Shown here: positions 36,892 to 50,915 of the stretch, piece after piece
Position numbering within the stretch: the first letter of the stretch is position 1
How the letters are laid out: the number at the start of each line of letters is the position of its first letter
Assembly (NCBI RefSeq): GCF_036365525.1
Contig: NC_090411.1
Coordinates: 30,334,432-30,398,431 of the forward strand
Source of the DNA: Heterodontus francisci
Lineage: Eukaryota
Reading direction: 5' to 3'
Length of the DNA stretch: 64,000 nt
The notes under the pieces: generated by a model
The model's database searches: none
What the model saw: the letters and a program-made list of their open reading frames with translations, nothing else
Told to the model about the DNA's origin: nothing
Position numbers and translations under genes: made by a program

Positions 36892-38369
36892 GTAAGGCCC
36901 AATGATTTATATTGCTGAATCTCACAGTGTAAGTGGTGGCTTGGTGTAGTGGTTATAGCACTGAACCAGCAACGCCAAGGCCCCCGAGTATGGGAAATAT
37001 GCAAATTTGAACTTGTTACATCTGGTCATTGTGGATGGCACTGGCATCAGATTAAATAGCTATGCAGCTGGCAGATTGTCGCGAAAACCCAACTGGTTCA
37101 CCAATGTCCTTCAGGGAAGAGGACCTGCCACCCTACCTAGCCTACATGTGACTCCAATCCCACACTTTATCAGCTGACATGTAATACCCTGTGAAGTGAC
37201 CCAGTATGACCATCTCTGGATTACTAGGGATGGGCAGTAAATGTTGCCCTGTGTTGCCTACATTCTGATCAATAAAAACACTCTTGAAAGAGTTTAATGA
37301 GACACGGTGAGAACAATACCGACAACAACAACTTGCATTTTTATAGCACACCTTAAATGGAGTAAAATGTCCCAAGGCGCTTCATGGGAGCGTTATCAAA
37401 CAACATTTGACAGAGCCACATAAGGAGACGTTAGGACAGATGAGAAAAAGCTTCTGTCAAAGAAGTAGGTTTTAACGAGCGTCTTAAAGGAGGAAACAAA
37501 GGTGGAGAGGTTGAGGGAGGGAATTCCCGAGCTTTGGGCCTTGGCAGCTGAAGGCACAGCAGACAACGCTGGAGTGATTAAAACTGGGGATGCCAGAAGG
37601 CAAGAGTTGCCAAAACCTGTGATTTGTAGGGCTGAGATGGGTAGGTTTAAAGGAGGAGTGAGGGAGAGAGAGAGGGGCAGAGAGGCTTAGTGGAGGAATT
37701 CCACAGCCTTGGAAGGTTTTGAAAACGAGAAGAATTTTAAAATCAAGGCTTTCAACCAGGAGCCTATGTAGGTTAACGAACACGGGTGATAGGCGAACAG
37801 GACTTGGTGCAAGTTTGGCCATGGACAGCAGAGTTTTGAACGAGCTTATGTTTAAGGTTATGGAGCATAATTTGACACCTGAGATATTATAACCTGTGAC
37901 CAAAAACTTGGTCAAAAAGGTATGTTTTAGGGAGCATGTCACAACGAGGAAACAGAGTTTAGGAGATTTAGGAAGACAATTCTTGAGATTGGAGCCTTGG
38001 CAGCTGAAGGTAGAGCTGTCAGTGGTGAAGTACAGTTTATGGTAATGAAGTGAATTGAGAGTGTGGTATATGTCTAAGTCTCTCTGCATAACAGTTCCCA
38101 GAGCATTACTCACACTACAAAGTGACAAAAGCAGAAATAAATCTCAGTGATCTCATACTGACCTGGAGGTGCAAATTTACAAGTGTCTTCTAAATGCAAA
38201 CTTCCATCAGCAAAGGGTCATTAAACTCTGGTTGACTACTGGCTATGTGTATGTGCAGCAATTTAGACTTTGTGGCCTTAAATGAACAGACTTTAAATAA
38301 GATGCATTTTAGCAGCAGAACTATACATTGTGCAGTGCATACCTGTCATTGTGGACCAACTTACCATCA

Positions 38370-39350
38370 GCAATGCTACAGGAGATCAGCTATTGGGACC
38401 CTTGCTGTTCCTGATATATATTAATGACCTAGACCTTGATATACAGAGCACAATTTCAAAATTTGCAGATGATCTTGGAAGTATTGTGAACTGTGAGGAG
38501 GATAGCGCAGAACTTCAAAAAGACATAGACGAATTGGTGGACAAGTGGCAAATGAAGTTCAATATGGAGAAGTATGAAGTGATTCAATTTGGTAGGAAGA
38601 ACATGGAGAGACAGTATAAAATGAAAGATACAATTCTAAAGCGGGTGCAGGAGCAGAGGGACCAGGATGTATATGTGCATAAGTCATTGAAGGTGGCAGG
38701 ACAGGTTCAGAGCGTGGTTAATAAAGCATAAGGTATCCCAGACTTTATAATAGGGGCATAGCGTACAAGAACAAGGAAGTTATGTTGAACTTGTATAAAA
38801 CACTGGTTCGGCCTTAACTGGAGTATTGCTTACAGTTCTGGGCACTGCACTCTAGGAAATATCTGAAGGCATTAGAGAGTGCAGAAAAAATTCACAAGAA
38901 TCGTTCCAGGGATGAGGACCTTCACTTACGAAGATAGATTGGAGAAGTTGGGATTGTTTTTCTTAGAGAAACGAGAAGGCCGAGAGGAGATTTGATAGAG
39001 GTATTTAAATTCTTGGGTCTGGACAGAGTAGATAGGGAAAAACTGTTCCCACTCGTGAAAGGATCAAGAACGAGCGGGCACGGATTTAAGGTATTTGACA
39101 AAAGAAGCAATGGTGACACGAGGAAAAACATTTTGAATGCAGCGAGTGCTTAGGGCCTGGAATGCACTACCTGAGAGTGTGGGGGAGCCAGGTACAATTG
39201 AGGCATTCAAAAGGCCGTTATCTGAAAAAGAAGAATGTGCAGGGTTACGGGGAGAAGGTGGGAGAATGGCACAAAGTGAATTGCTCGTTCGGAGAGCCGG
39301 TGTAGACACGATGCCCTGAATGGCCGCCTGTGCTGTTACAATTCTGTGAT
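38370..39350 (+). mobile_element. CR1 3' fragment
   Basis: LLGPLLFLIYINDLD...ISKFADD. Same subfamily as 21860-23170. Confidence 0.85.
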
Positions 39351-40180
39351 TCAGTAAAAATTTTGAAAATGGTGTAAATGTCAGTGAGATTTCATACGAG
39401 TGCAGGTGATGGTCTTCATGGTCGACCAGCCTGTTTCACCAGTGCAGCATCTCTTAGGTGGCATCCTGGACCCTCGCAATGCACTCTAACTATAACCCGC
39501 TTCACTGCATCCTAACGTGCATTCTTTCTGGTTGATAGTTTTCCTCTGCAGTATGATGCACTTTAGGAAGTGCTTGATTTATGGATTCATTTATTCCTTA
39601 ATGTCTGTACTGTGGAAAGTAAAATAATGAAGGAACTTGCGTTTATATAGTGCCTTTCTAGCTTTACCTGTTGTTCAAATTTTTGGGGATACATTACTCT
39701 TCCAGGGTAATTTGAGGTAGACTGGGCACTTTTCAGGGCCAATAAAGACGGCCTTAGGCCCGTTCATAGTGCCTTTCACAACCTTAGGACATCCCAAAGT
39801 GCTTCACAGCTAATGAATTGCTTCCGCAGTAGTTACTGTTGTTTCTGGATGAGATGTTAAATTGAGGCCTTGTCTGCTCTCTCAGGTGGACGTTAAAGAT
39901 CCCAGTATTTTGAAGAAGAGCAAGGGAGATCCCCCTCATGTCCTGACCAATATTTATCCCTCAACCAACATCACTAAAACAGATGATCTGCTCATTATCA
40001 CATTGCTGTTTGTGGGTGTTTGCTGTGCGCAAATTGGCTGAAATGTTTCCTACATTGCAACAGTGACTACACTTCAAAAGTACTTCATTGGGATATCCTG
40101 ACGTCGTGAAAGGTGCTATATAAATGCAATTCTTCCTTAATAAGGAAAGTAATTTATTTTCCATTTTTCTTTTTTGACAG

Positions 40181-40262
40181 AACAACAAACTCTTCATGGA
40201 ATTCTTCATTACTATCGGCTTTGAAGGGCTAGAAAACAAATATAATTTGGAACTCTCCCGAG
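40181..40262 (+). CDS. PIH1D1: PIH1D1 coding exon 5
   Basis: gacag|NNKLFMEFFITIGFEGLENKYNLELSR|gtagg. Confidence 0.92.
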
Positions 40263-41020
40263 GTAGGAACCCAGGTTGTTTTTTTTTTTTAGCCTGCCGT
40301 TTACCTATAAATTAAGATCTCACCTCTTTCTAATCGTGGAGCAGAACCTTCATGTGCTGAGTTACAGTTGATGGTGGACAGGTTCAACAATGGTGCAGAA
40401 CTTGAACAGAGTGACATGCTTCCCAGGCAACTGGCCCATAATTCAAACAATATTTTCTTCAGAGTTGAGTCCCCTTCCCCGAGACCTGCCTAGGTTGTTC
40501 CAAATGTTGATGATGGAGGGTGAAAGAGAGAAGCAATTTAACACTGCTATTATCAGCCACAGTTTATATGAGAGTGGAAGAGACTGGTTTCTGTTGAGAT
40601 CGTTACCAGTCACCAGCAGGCTGGAAGATTGCCAGCGCTCTGTGTTGGGTGTATGCCTCGCCTTAGCTGGCTAAACTCCAGCAGTACCCCTTGTACCCAC
40701 TTTGGGATCCAACCTACAACTAATGTCTCTGGCTTGGGATAAGTGGGGAACATTATCGTACAGGGAAAGAATCGGCATTCCACATTTGATGACTGTGTCA
40801 CTATTTTTTATTTGGAAATTGTTAAACAGACGCTGATGGGCTAAAAAACAATAAAGTAAGGTGAGAAGGATCCATGGCCAGATCTGAATAGCTTAAGCTA
40901 GTGTCCGATTCGATCTCCATCAGATAGTAGAGACCTTCATTATATCTGAACCCAGGTTCCAGAGGTGAAAGGTCAGTGTTCCCACCGAGTTGTTGAAATT
41001 GTCAACAATTTTGTTCCCAG

Positions 41021-41117
41021 AATGGCGAATGCTGAAAAACAGGAAATTTCTGGGATCCATAACGGAACAGAACATCAGAACAAAATCAAAACCCATTATC
41101 CAGGAACTGGAATCCAG
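41021..41117 (+). CDS. PIH1D1: PIH1D1 coding exon 6
   Basis: cccag|(E)WRMLKNRKFLGSITEQNIRTKSKPIIQELES|gtaaa. Confidence 0.92.
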
Positions 41118-41491
41118 GTAAAATGGTCAATGAAAGAACTCGCACTTATATTGCACCTTGCACCAACTAAGGATGCATTTGATTCCTTGTGCGTTCATGA
41201 TATGGTTTTACAAACAATATGATGGCTTTAGAGGAGCTATCCAATTTGTTCCACTAGCCCCCCCACCCCCTTTCCCCATAGCCCTGCAATGCACATAGAA
41301 ATAATCACAGCCACCGGTGGGGTTCTGATGGGAGCGTTCTTACTGTGACAGCTGAAAGAGCTCTTTGCATTTTCTAAATTTTTCAAGGATAAAGATTCAA
41401 ACTAGTAGAAACCATAGGGTCAGATACCATGCCTGTGGCATGAACCCTGACATAATAGATCAACCCATGCCATCTTATTTTGTTTTGACAG

Positions 41492-41542
41492 CACTCCATC
41501 CCCAGGAAACTGCAGTCAACCCCTCATATCAGAAGTGGAAAG
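41492..41542 (+). CDS. PIH1D1: PIH1D1 coding exon 7 (51-nt linker, symmetric phase 2)
   Basis: ttttgacag|(S)TPSPGNCSQPLISEVE|gtaag. Strong splice sites and frame-preserving. Confidence 0.7.
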
Positions 41543-41772
41543 GTAAGATTACTTCATCTTAATTCAGAATGGGAGAAGGTAATTGATTACCAGGTGAGTT
41601 ATAACTAATAGAATACTCAGTGATCGAGATGCGGATTGCAGGAGCCACAGTCACATTCACACTTGGGACCCAGACAATAGGTTTGTTTTTGAGTAAGGAA
41701 CATTGGGACTGTGTACAAGGAATGTGTGTTGTTACAGAATTGTTAACATTTTCTCTTTCTCTGTTCTGGCAG

Positions 41773-41863
41773 CACCTGTGTGGAACCAGAATACATAATT
41801 GTGGCTGAGCCTGCAGAAGAACACCCCAGCTTCCTGGTAGCAGAAATTTCCTTACCAAAAGTG
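41773..41863 (+). CDS. PIH1D1: PIH1D1 coding exon 8
   Basis: ggcag|(S)TCVEPEYIIVAEPAEEHPSFLVAEISLPKV|gttagt. Confidence 0.88.
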
Positions 41864-42879
41864 GTTAGTATTTAATTCCCTGACAGCTGCATTTTGGAGC
41901 GGATGGAGGGAGATTCTGCAGGGCCATGATTTAAGATTTGAGAATAAAGTTATAAACCAATTCCTAATGAGATTTACCATGACTGACCGTGCAAAGCCCA
42001 TCCAGCAAGGTGCAGCGTGCTGTTACCTAGCAAAAACACTTGCAATTGATTATTAATCTGTGTTTACTTATCTTTTACTTTGTCAGCTCATCTCTGGGTC
42101 AGAACGCTGTGGGTTCCAGCCCCAGACCAGGGTTGGAATCAATCTAAGCTCACATTCCAGTGGAATACTGAAGGAGTGCTGCATTGTCAGAGGTGCCATC
42201 ATTCGAAATGAATCTTAGCCTCCGATCCGAACAGCCTAGTCAGGTTTTAAACTCCTGTTTGTGATCCCATTACGCCCGCTGGTGAGGACTGCATTGGCTT
42301 GTCTGTGACATAGTTTACTGTCATAGACACTTGCCAACACTCACAGTTTAGACTCACGTGTGAAGAAGGCCTACTTAGATACTGGAAGATAACTTATGCC
42401 CATGCAACTATATTCCAGTAAGAGTTGTAGGCTTTCAGGAGAGAAAATTACAGTGCTATACCAACCCAATATTGCCAATGTATATTTAGAGCAGAGACGG
42501 CTAAGAGGGGATTTGAAAGAGGTTTTCAAAATCATTAAGGTTTTAGATAGAGAATCTGTTTCCAATGGCTGAACGGTCAATAACCAGATAGCGCAAATTT
42601 AAGGTGATTGGCAAAAGAACCAGAGGTGACATGAGGAAAAACTTCAGGCAACCAGTGGTTAGGAATTGGAATGCACTGCCTGATGGGGTGCTGGAAACCG
42701 AATCAAGGTAATTGGATAAATCCTTGAGGGAGAAAAGAATTGCAGGAATTGGTGCACAAGCAAGGGATGGGAACTAACAGGTTTGCTGCTCGAAAGAGCA
42801 GGTGCAGGCTCAATGGGCTAAATGGCCGCCTGTTGTGCTGTTCGATTCTATGATTACAAGTTTTCTCTGTATTACACAG

Positions 42880-43023
42880 GATTCAGCAGGAGTTTTATTA
42901 CTTGACCTCGGAGAAGACAGGATCGTATTGTGGGCACGGCCAGACCTTTATCACCTAGATATTTACCTCCCATATAATATCATTCAGGAGGAAAGTGGTT
43001 CTCAGTTCAACAGGAATACCAAG
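42880..43023 (+). CDS. PIH1D1: PIH1D1 coding exon 9
   Basis: cacag|DSAGVLLLDLGEDRIVLWARPDLYHLDIYLPYNIIQEESGSQFNRNTK|gtaagg. Confidence 0.92.
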
Positions 43024-43511
43024 GTAAGGAGAAGTCAAACTTTAAGACAGATCACTAATCACAATAATACTCGAGATCTGTGACTGAAACCAGCCACAAG
43101 AAACATTAAAACTGGTGCCATGATATCCTTTTTTAAAAAAAAAACTGCACATGCAGGAGCCTACATTGATAAGGTACACAGTATTGGATAGAAGAAGAAC
43201 ATGTTTTTTAACCTAGGTTCTGCTGTATGTGTACAGGTGCTGCCACAGCGACACCCCCATGCCATATATTCACTGACAGGAGTAAATTGTCCCTCTTTAT
43301 CCAGTGTGTACTGTACATATACAAGAGCAGATGTACCACATGGTGCCAGACAGGAGTGAACTGTGCACTTGTCATTGTGCACTTTGGCATGGAGAAAGTT
43401 TAGTGCAAAGGCGGAAGATTATGCGAAGAAAACTCGCCTTCAGAAGGGAGCAAGTATATTTGCATAAAACACAATGTGGAATTATTCAATTTCTGTATCA
43501 TTTTCTGGCAG

Positions 43512-43547
43512 GTTCTGACTATAACTATGCCAGTGCAGCAAGCCTAA
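43512..43547 (+). CDS. PIH1D1: PIH1D1 last coding exon
   Basis: ggcag|VLTITMPVQQA*. Confidence 0.88.
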   Translation, partial: VLTITMPVQQA

Positions 43548-46500
43548 GACCGGGAATGCTTCCAGGACCAGCTGTACTCACGAAGACCGGATAATAGGGA
43601 CTTTCCCTCGATCCCAGTGTGCATGCTATCAGCGCCACACATTTACTATGTCGCTTTCCATTCTGATGACATGGCATTCACTTTGAATTTGTTCTTGGGA
43701 ATTATGTTTAAAAATAATTTTATGAAGTTCAAAGTCCATGGCCACTTTCCCATATTTTTTTTTAAAATATTCATTCACAGGATGTGGGTGTTGCTCATCC
43801 CTAACTGCTGTTGAGAAGGTGGTGGTGAGCTGCCTTGAATACAACTGAGTAGCTTGCTAGGCCATTTCAGAGGGCAATTAAGAGTTAACCACATTGCTGT
43901 GGGTCTGGAGTACATATATGCCACATTGGGTAGGGACAGCAGATTTCCTCCCCTAAGAACTCGTGTCTCTGGATCATTAGTCTAGGCCTCTGAATTACTA
44001 GTCCAGTAGCATAACTACTGTGCTACCCTTAAATCACCACTCTTCATGCATATGAACAATAATGGTGAAAGCTGGCAAGCTATTTGACAGTGGAGGGCAT
44101 CACAGCCATGCTCAGTGCAGTCCTCCTCCAACATTCTTATATTCTTTGCAGCAAAATTCATTGGATAATGACAATAGTGGGGATGCTAGTTGATAATTAC
44201 AAACACACAGTAGGCTGGCTACATTTGATGTGGGGGTGAAAAAGCTGTTTGGGAAGCGCCCTTTACTAGATCCCTACATTTTTCAGACACTGATTGACCT
44301 TTGCGTGTGTGTCTTGTGTTTTCTATTGTTGTTTTGGATTTAAAGCACTCACATTTTTCTGTTAGCCATTAATGTACGTTTCACTGCTTGATATAATATT
44401 TGGGGCATCCTCTGAAATCAGGTCCAGTGCAACCAAATCCTTCTAATGGACAACTAAAATTGTGAGCGAGTTTGCCAAAATCTTTGTGAGTGCAGCAAGT
44501 CATAAATTCTTAGTTCTGCCCATCCTTCTGCTAGGCTTCTGCCCCACACTTCCTTGTAAATAAAATGGTTATGTTATCGAAACGGTGCAGTGTGGGATCA
44601 TTGTCGGTTAAATGGGCGCATGTTTCACTGATGCATATTGCATTATTTCTGGCTTTTATATTTTTGAGAGCTGAGTTACTGTTTGCATTTGTATTCCTTT
44701 AGTGCAAAGGGACTCACTGTCATTTGGATGAGGTTGGTGGGAGCACAAGGAGGAGGAGGAAATGATATACGTGCTCATGAATTGGAACACAGAAGAACAA
44801 ATTGAAAACTGAAATCAAAGCAGACCTTCTTGCAGTTCGGCATATCTCATACCTCACCAATGTCTGTTCAGGGAGGGATTTAGACATTGAAAAGAACTAC
44901 TGAGAATTCCAAGCCAGCAGCTGCAGCTGGTTTGTCAGGTTTATAGAAGGCAGTGCTTCCCAATCCCTCCACTCCCACGTGCTGTCCCGAATTCTAACCT
45001 TCCAACACGTTGCTGATTGAGGCATGGGAAGAGATTTGCAGATATAGATTGTCACTAGATGAAGTTAGTGCACAGTTTCATCATAACCTGAAAGGAGGGA
45101 TAAAATGGGCCAAACGTTCCTTTGGAGGGGAAAATAACTTCCACCTAGAATTTTAAAGTTGGGAACAGTATACAAGGTAAAACTTGGCAGTCAATTGAAG
45201 TACTCAAAATATACAAACTGGGTGGTTTTATTTTAATAAAAAAAAGTCAACAGTTGAAACTCTCCGCCGAACAATGGCGGTGGAGGGGTGCCACCACCCG
45301 GTAAACGGGACCTGGAACAAGCAGAGATCAGCAGCCGCCAGCCTCTCAATCCGGTGCCGGGGAGGAGGGAGGGTGGGTGGGGGTGGGGGGGGTAAGATAG
45401 GGGGGGGGGGGGGGGGGAGGGGAGGGATGGCCAAACAGTTTGCAAACAGCAAATCTTGCCTTGGTGATGATTAAGGGGATGATGTTGGCCCAGACGGCAG
45501 GATTCCCTGCTCTCTTCTGAATAGTGACATTGGATAGTTTTAATGCTCACCTGCACAAGCAGACAGGGCCTCGGTTTAACTTCTCACCCAATCGTGGCAC
45601 CTCCAGCAATGCAGCACACGCTCACTATTCTACTGAAGGGTCAGCCTAGTCTTTGTGCTGAGATCTTAAACCCATAATCTTTGGCTTACAAGGCAAGTGA
45701 GCAACGCTTGCCATGCAGCCATTTAGGGTGTAGTATACGTTGTGAAAGGGTTCTGACAATGAAAGTGACGATACAGCTCTTTAAATTTTTTATTTGAAAG
45801 TTTTTTTTTAGCAGAGTTACAGTGTTGCATGAAAGCTAAAAGCACTATTTAATATAAAGACTAGTACATTTTTACTAATATGACTATCCGTCATGGGTAA
45901 ACTCTGAAAGCGGGCATGTTATAGCATCACACTCTTAATATGCTGGGATACAGGTGACATTTTGGCCTGGATTTCAGCCTGGAGCTGAGTTCTGTGTGGG
46001 GTGGGAGGAGTACTGCTGTGAGGTCGGGAAACCTGGAAAAACAGACTTCCCGAATGTCCTGCAGAATGTAAGTGGGGAAACCGCCATAGGCAGCCTGATT
46101 GATAGACTGGAGGCCTTTCGGGTGGGAAGCCTATGAGAGCAGGTAGGTGTTTTGGGGAATGGGCGGGTTGTTTTGATGATGGACTGGTGGGGGGTGTACG
46201 GTTTATGGGTAGCTTGCTGGGACTGGAGGAAGCACTCCTCTCCTGACCCACAAGCAGTGCTGCAAAGGCACTTCCCTTAGGGATTCAACCTATCTTGCCG
46301 CCTTTCAGCTGATGAGTTTCCTAAGCCCTGGGCAACATGGCTGCCTGTGTCTAAAAAGAGAATGACTGTTAAAATGAAGGTCCGCAGCCTTATATTTAAA
46401 TGACCAACCCGCTTCCCAAGAGTTGGTTGGATGCCCATTCCTCTGTTAACACCGGAAGTGGCCAGTTTCAGTCCCTGGCCCAGATTTTTTGCATTTTATC

Positions 46501-47799
46501 CTCTGACGTGACCCCCAACTCATCCATTTTATGGGAGTTAAGATTCAGCTCTTTGTCTCCAGAATCATTCATCGCTCCACGGCCAAGAACACATGGCTGT
46601 CAACACTGGATACTTCTGAGGTGTATGTGTTTTCAGTCACATAGCATGAAAAGGGTAAATGCAAAAATTGTATTTGTCACATGAACGACAGTTGAGTCCC
46701 TGTCTTTTAAATTTTTCTTATTTATACTCTTCCAAAATGCCTGAAAGTTGGATTTCCACATGTTTTCTTCTGATGGAGAGTAAGCGGCAGATAGAGAATC
46801 AAGGTGACCCCAGCATTCATAGCAAAAGCAATCAATGAAATTGATCTGGTCCTGTAGTTTTAATAAAGCTTTCACAGAGGTGACCTTCACCCTTGATTTC
46901 AAATTACTCTATGGCCTTGCCCATCCCTAACTCCCCCCAGCCCTCCAAGATTTCAGCGTTCCTCCAATTCTGACCTAGGCCCTAGTCTCTGGAGTTTCCT
47001 CCATAAACCTCTCCGTGCCACTGACTCTTCCTCAAAACCTATCTCTTTGACCAAGTCTTTGTTCACCTGTCTGAACATCTTCCTGTGGCTCAAGTTTGAT
47101 AATGCTCCTATGAAGCACCTCAAGGTGTTCTACTACGTTAAAGGTGCCATACAAATGCAATTTGTTTCTGTGATGTATTCTAGGCTGGGCCCACTTTCAT
47201 TCTGGCAGAGAGCAATATGCTGGCAAGTTACAAACCTCGGGCAGGCAGTATGAATGGAGAGATTTTATTTTGATTATCCATGGGGGGTGTGAATTAAAAC
47301 TGCTTCAGTGAGCAATATCTCTCAGATCTGTGTGCCAATTTCCACAGGAGTCTGGCTGTGTTGTAATATTCTCAATGCAGTTCACATCCTGGCAATTTAG
47401 GAGGAGTGAAAGAGGCGTTTTAAAGGGTACCTTGTAAATAGTTGAGGCCCAAGCACTGTACCTTCAGTGCACAGCTGACTGGCAAAAACATAACCTATTA
47501 TCTGTCTAAAAACAGAAAATGCTGGTAAACATTCAACAGGTTAGGCATAGTTATCGTGCCATGTTGATGACCTTTTATCAAAACTAGTAGATATTCAAGG
47601 TGAACAGCTTTTAAGCAGATAGAGAGCCGGGAAATGGAGAAAGAATGAAAGGATGGAGGGTAGAAGTGATTAAAGGACAAAGTGGGTGATGATATTAGAT
47701 CAGTGGAGGGAGCTGGAACCAATAAACAGGCACAGTTGGCCAAAAGATCTGTGCTGAAACTTCAGGCTTCTAAAACTCAACTTTGACATCAAATGGTCA

Positions 47800-48720
47800 C
47801 AACTCCCTGATATACCTCAAACAATATCAGTGCTTGGGCCTAAACTATTTACAATCTATATCAATGCCTTATATGAGGGGACTGATTATAATGTATGTAA
47901 ATTTGCTTACAATGCAAATACAGTATGACAGTAAGTTGTGAGGAGGACACAAAGGCTGCAAAAGGATAAAGACAGGTTAAGCAAGTGGGCAAGAACATGG
48001 CATTTGGAATATTGTGGAGATGTGAGAAGTTATTCAGTTTGGTAGGAAAAATAGAAAAGAATAGGACGGCGCAGTGGTTAGCACCGCAGCCTCACAGCTC
48101 CAGCGACCCGGGTTCAATTCTGGGTACTGCCTGTGTGGAGTTTGCAAGTTCTCCCTGTGTCTGCATCTGTTTCCTCCGGGTGCTCCGGTTTCCTCCCATA
48201 TGCCAAAGACGTAGGTTGATAGGTAAATTGGCCATTATAAATTGCCCCTAGTATAGGTAGGTGGTAGGGAAATATAGGGACAGGTAGGTATGTGGTAGGA
48301 ATATGGAATTAGTGTAGGATTAGTATAAATGGGTGGTTGATGGTCAGCACAGACTCGGTGGGCCGAAGGGCCTGTTTCAGTGCTGTATCTCTAAATAAAA
48401 TTAAAATTAAAATATTTTCTAACTGGTGAGAAACTGGGAAATGTTCATATTCAGAGGGACCTGGGTGTCCTTGTACATGAATCACAGAAAGTTAAAATGC
48501 AGGTACAGCAAGAAATTAGGAAAGCAAATGGTATGTTGGGCTTTATTGCAAAGAGATTGGAGTGTGAGAGTAAAGAGGTCTAACTGCAATTGTATAGGGC
48601 CTTGGTGAGACCACAGCTGGAGTGCTGTGTACAGGTTTCATCTTGCCTAAGGAAGGGTATACTTGCCTTCGAGAGAGTGCAGGTATGGGTCACTAGATTG
48701 ATTCCTGGAATGAGAGGGAA
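47800..48720 (+). mobile_element. Degenerate CR1 fragment with nested HE1/V-SINE (48067-48400)
   Basis: CR1 RT remnants on both sides of a full SINE. Confidence 0.8.
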
Positions 48721-49488
48721 ACAAATGCTAGTCGTGCCAGTAACACCAATATTCTGAGAATGATTTTTTTAAAGATGAAAAGCAGTTTAACTTTAGTACT
48801 AATGATGCAGGGAGAAGGAGCTGTATGTATCTTTGCATTTTGGGGGGAAAACAAGGGAGGGAAATTTAGAGAATTAACAACAAGTATATTAAATAGTGAG
48901 TGTGGGGAGAGGTTTGAAGCTAGCGGTGAACAAGTGGGCAAGTTATAGAGTCACAGACAGACCAGAAGGAGGCCATTTGGCCCATCGGTTCCATGCCGGC
49001 TCTTCACGGAACTTCAAATCAGTCCCAGCCCCTTCACCCCCCCCTTCCAGATCCCTGTAGCCCTGCAAGTTTATTTCCTTCAAGTGGCCATCTAATTTAG
49101 CTTTTGAAATCATTGATTGCCTGCAAGTATGATGGAAGCAGTCAGTGAGTTCCAGGAGATTGTGAAGCAGAATAATGTCAAGATTTCTAAAGGCAATGAT
49201 GGGATAGTCAGCGTGTTCAGATGGTGATAGGGTAGTGTGGCAAAGTATCATTGCTTGTTGCTAACCTGGGGCAAAATGACAGAAGAAACTGCGTTTGAAG
49301 AAGACTCAACTTATCAATCAGAGTCGGAAGTTAACCCAGCTTTTTGTAGAGCAAAAAATGTCTGAAAAGAACTAAATAGGCCTTCTATAATTTTACACAA
49401 GTTCATGAGTTGTTGAACTTGCAACACTCTTGAGCTGTGAAAACCTAGGATAAGAAATCTACCACAAAGTGACCTTTTAGCACTTTGA

Positions 49489-49659
49489 TTACTGGGAGAA
49501 TCTGCATTTCAGTAGTTTAAGGTAGCTGTCAATTTTGTGTGTGTCACGGCGGAAACAATGCAGGAGACTGTACAGCTGCAATGTTACCGAGGGTCCATCT
49601 TCAGTCAAAGGTTGTTCCCATTGCAGTCTCTGCTGAATGGCTGCCCTATGCTGTCCAAC
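49489..49659 (-). CDS. PRL: Prolactin exon 5 (ends at early TAA 49491-49489)
   Basis: tttcag|[56 protein letters not shown], followed in frame by SKC*. Confidence 0.92.
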   Translation of the reverse strand, partial: VGQHRAAIQQRLQWEQPLTEDGPSVTLQLYSLLHCFRRDTHKIDSYLKLLKCRFSQ

Positions 49660-50915
49660 CTGAAATGGAAATGAGAAGCATTTTGCTGGTAAATGATAAT
49701 GACATTTGCACTCACTAACCACATTGGCTTCTGGTCTGGCAATGCCCCAGTATTAAAGTTCTGATCCTTGGGTTCAGATCTCTCCATGGCCTTGTCTCTC
49801 CCTAGCTCTGTGACTTCCTACAGCCTTCTGAGATCTCTGCAGTCCTCCAATTCTGGCTGCTTGCGCATCCTTGAATTTCGTCATTTCACCATTGCTGGCC
49901 ATGCCTTCAGCTGTCTGGACCTTAAGTTCAGGAATTCCATTTCTAAACCTCGCTACCTCTCCTTTCAAGTCATTCCTTAAAATTTGCCTCTGCGACCATG
50001 TTTTTATCAACTTTCCCTATGTCTCTGTGCTTTGTCAAATTTTGTCTGGTAATGCTCCTGTGATGTGCATTGAGACGTTTTACTACATTAAAGACGCAGT
50101 ATAAATACAAAGTACTGAAACCTTAAGGAAATTTCCTGCATTAGAATTAGGACAGGATCAGGCTGAGCTCCAATTCCCTTTACAGTCAAATAACCTGTTG
50201 GTGCTCACTGTCTATTCTGATGCCTGTGGAACCCTGCCAAATGTTAGCACCTCAGGACAGGAAGGGGAAAAAATAGCATAGCAAAACCCTCCAGTCTACT
50301 AGGATCTGAGCTGCTCAGACTAACAATTCATGTAGAAGTTTTACAGCACAGGAGGAGGTCATTCAGCCCATCATGTCGGTGCCTGCTCTTCACCAGAACA
50401 ATCCAAAACTAATCGTATTGTCCCGTGTCTTCTCTGTAGCAGGTGTTAGTTGGGGCTTAGTGTGGAGCACTCTCATCTCTAGTTAGAAGGTTTTGGGTTC
50501 AAGTCCCAGTTCATAGACTTGAGCATAACAATCTAGGCTGACACTCCCTTGCCGTACTGAAGGAACGCTGCACTGCCAGAGGTGCTGTCTTTCAGATGAC
50601 ATGTTACCCGTGTTTCTGTGCCTTCTCAGGTGGACATAGAAGATCCGATGGCACTATTTTGAAGAAGAGCGGGGGAGTTCTCCATGGTGTCCTGGCCAAT
50701 ATTTATCCCTCATCTAACGGTAAAAAAAGATTAAATTATCTGGTCATTATCACATTGCTGTTTGTGGGAGCTTGCTGTGTGCAAATTGGCTGTCATGCTT
50801 CCCTACATTACAACAGTGAATACACTTCAAAAGTGCTTCATTGGCTGTAAAGCACTTTGCAATATCCTGATATAGTTTTCTTTCTCCTTGTCACTTTACA
50901 TCAGCATAACTGTAC

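Larger units (their letters stand above)
34050..43547 (+). other. PIH1D1: PIH1D1 gene span (R2TP co-chaperone subunit); 10 coding exons, 894 nt, 297 aa
   Basis: All exons join in phase from ATG to TAA. PIH-N motifs: KVFINVC, YRIPMSLGEPH, CTAYD, EWRMLKNRKF. CS-domain C-terminus. Synteny with ALDH16A1. Confidence 0.92.

Noticed and set aside
37484-38128. 214-aa ORF
   Set aside because: Composite of L2-like fragments with no coherent domain or splice context.
49489-49491. Selenocysteine recoding of the early prolactin stop
   Set aside because: The codon is TAA, not TGA.
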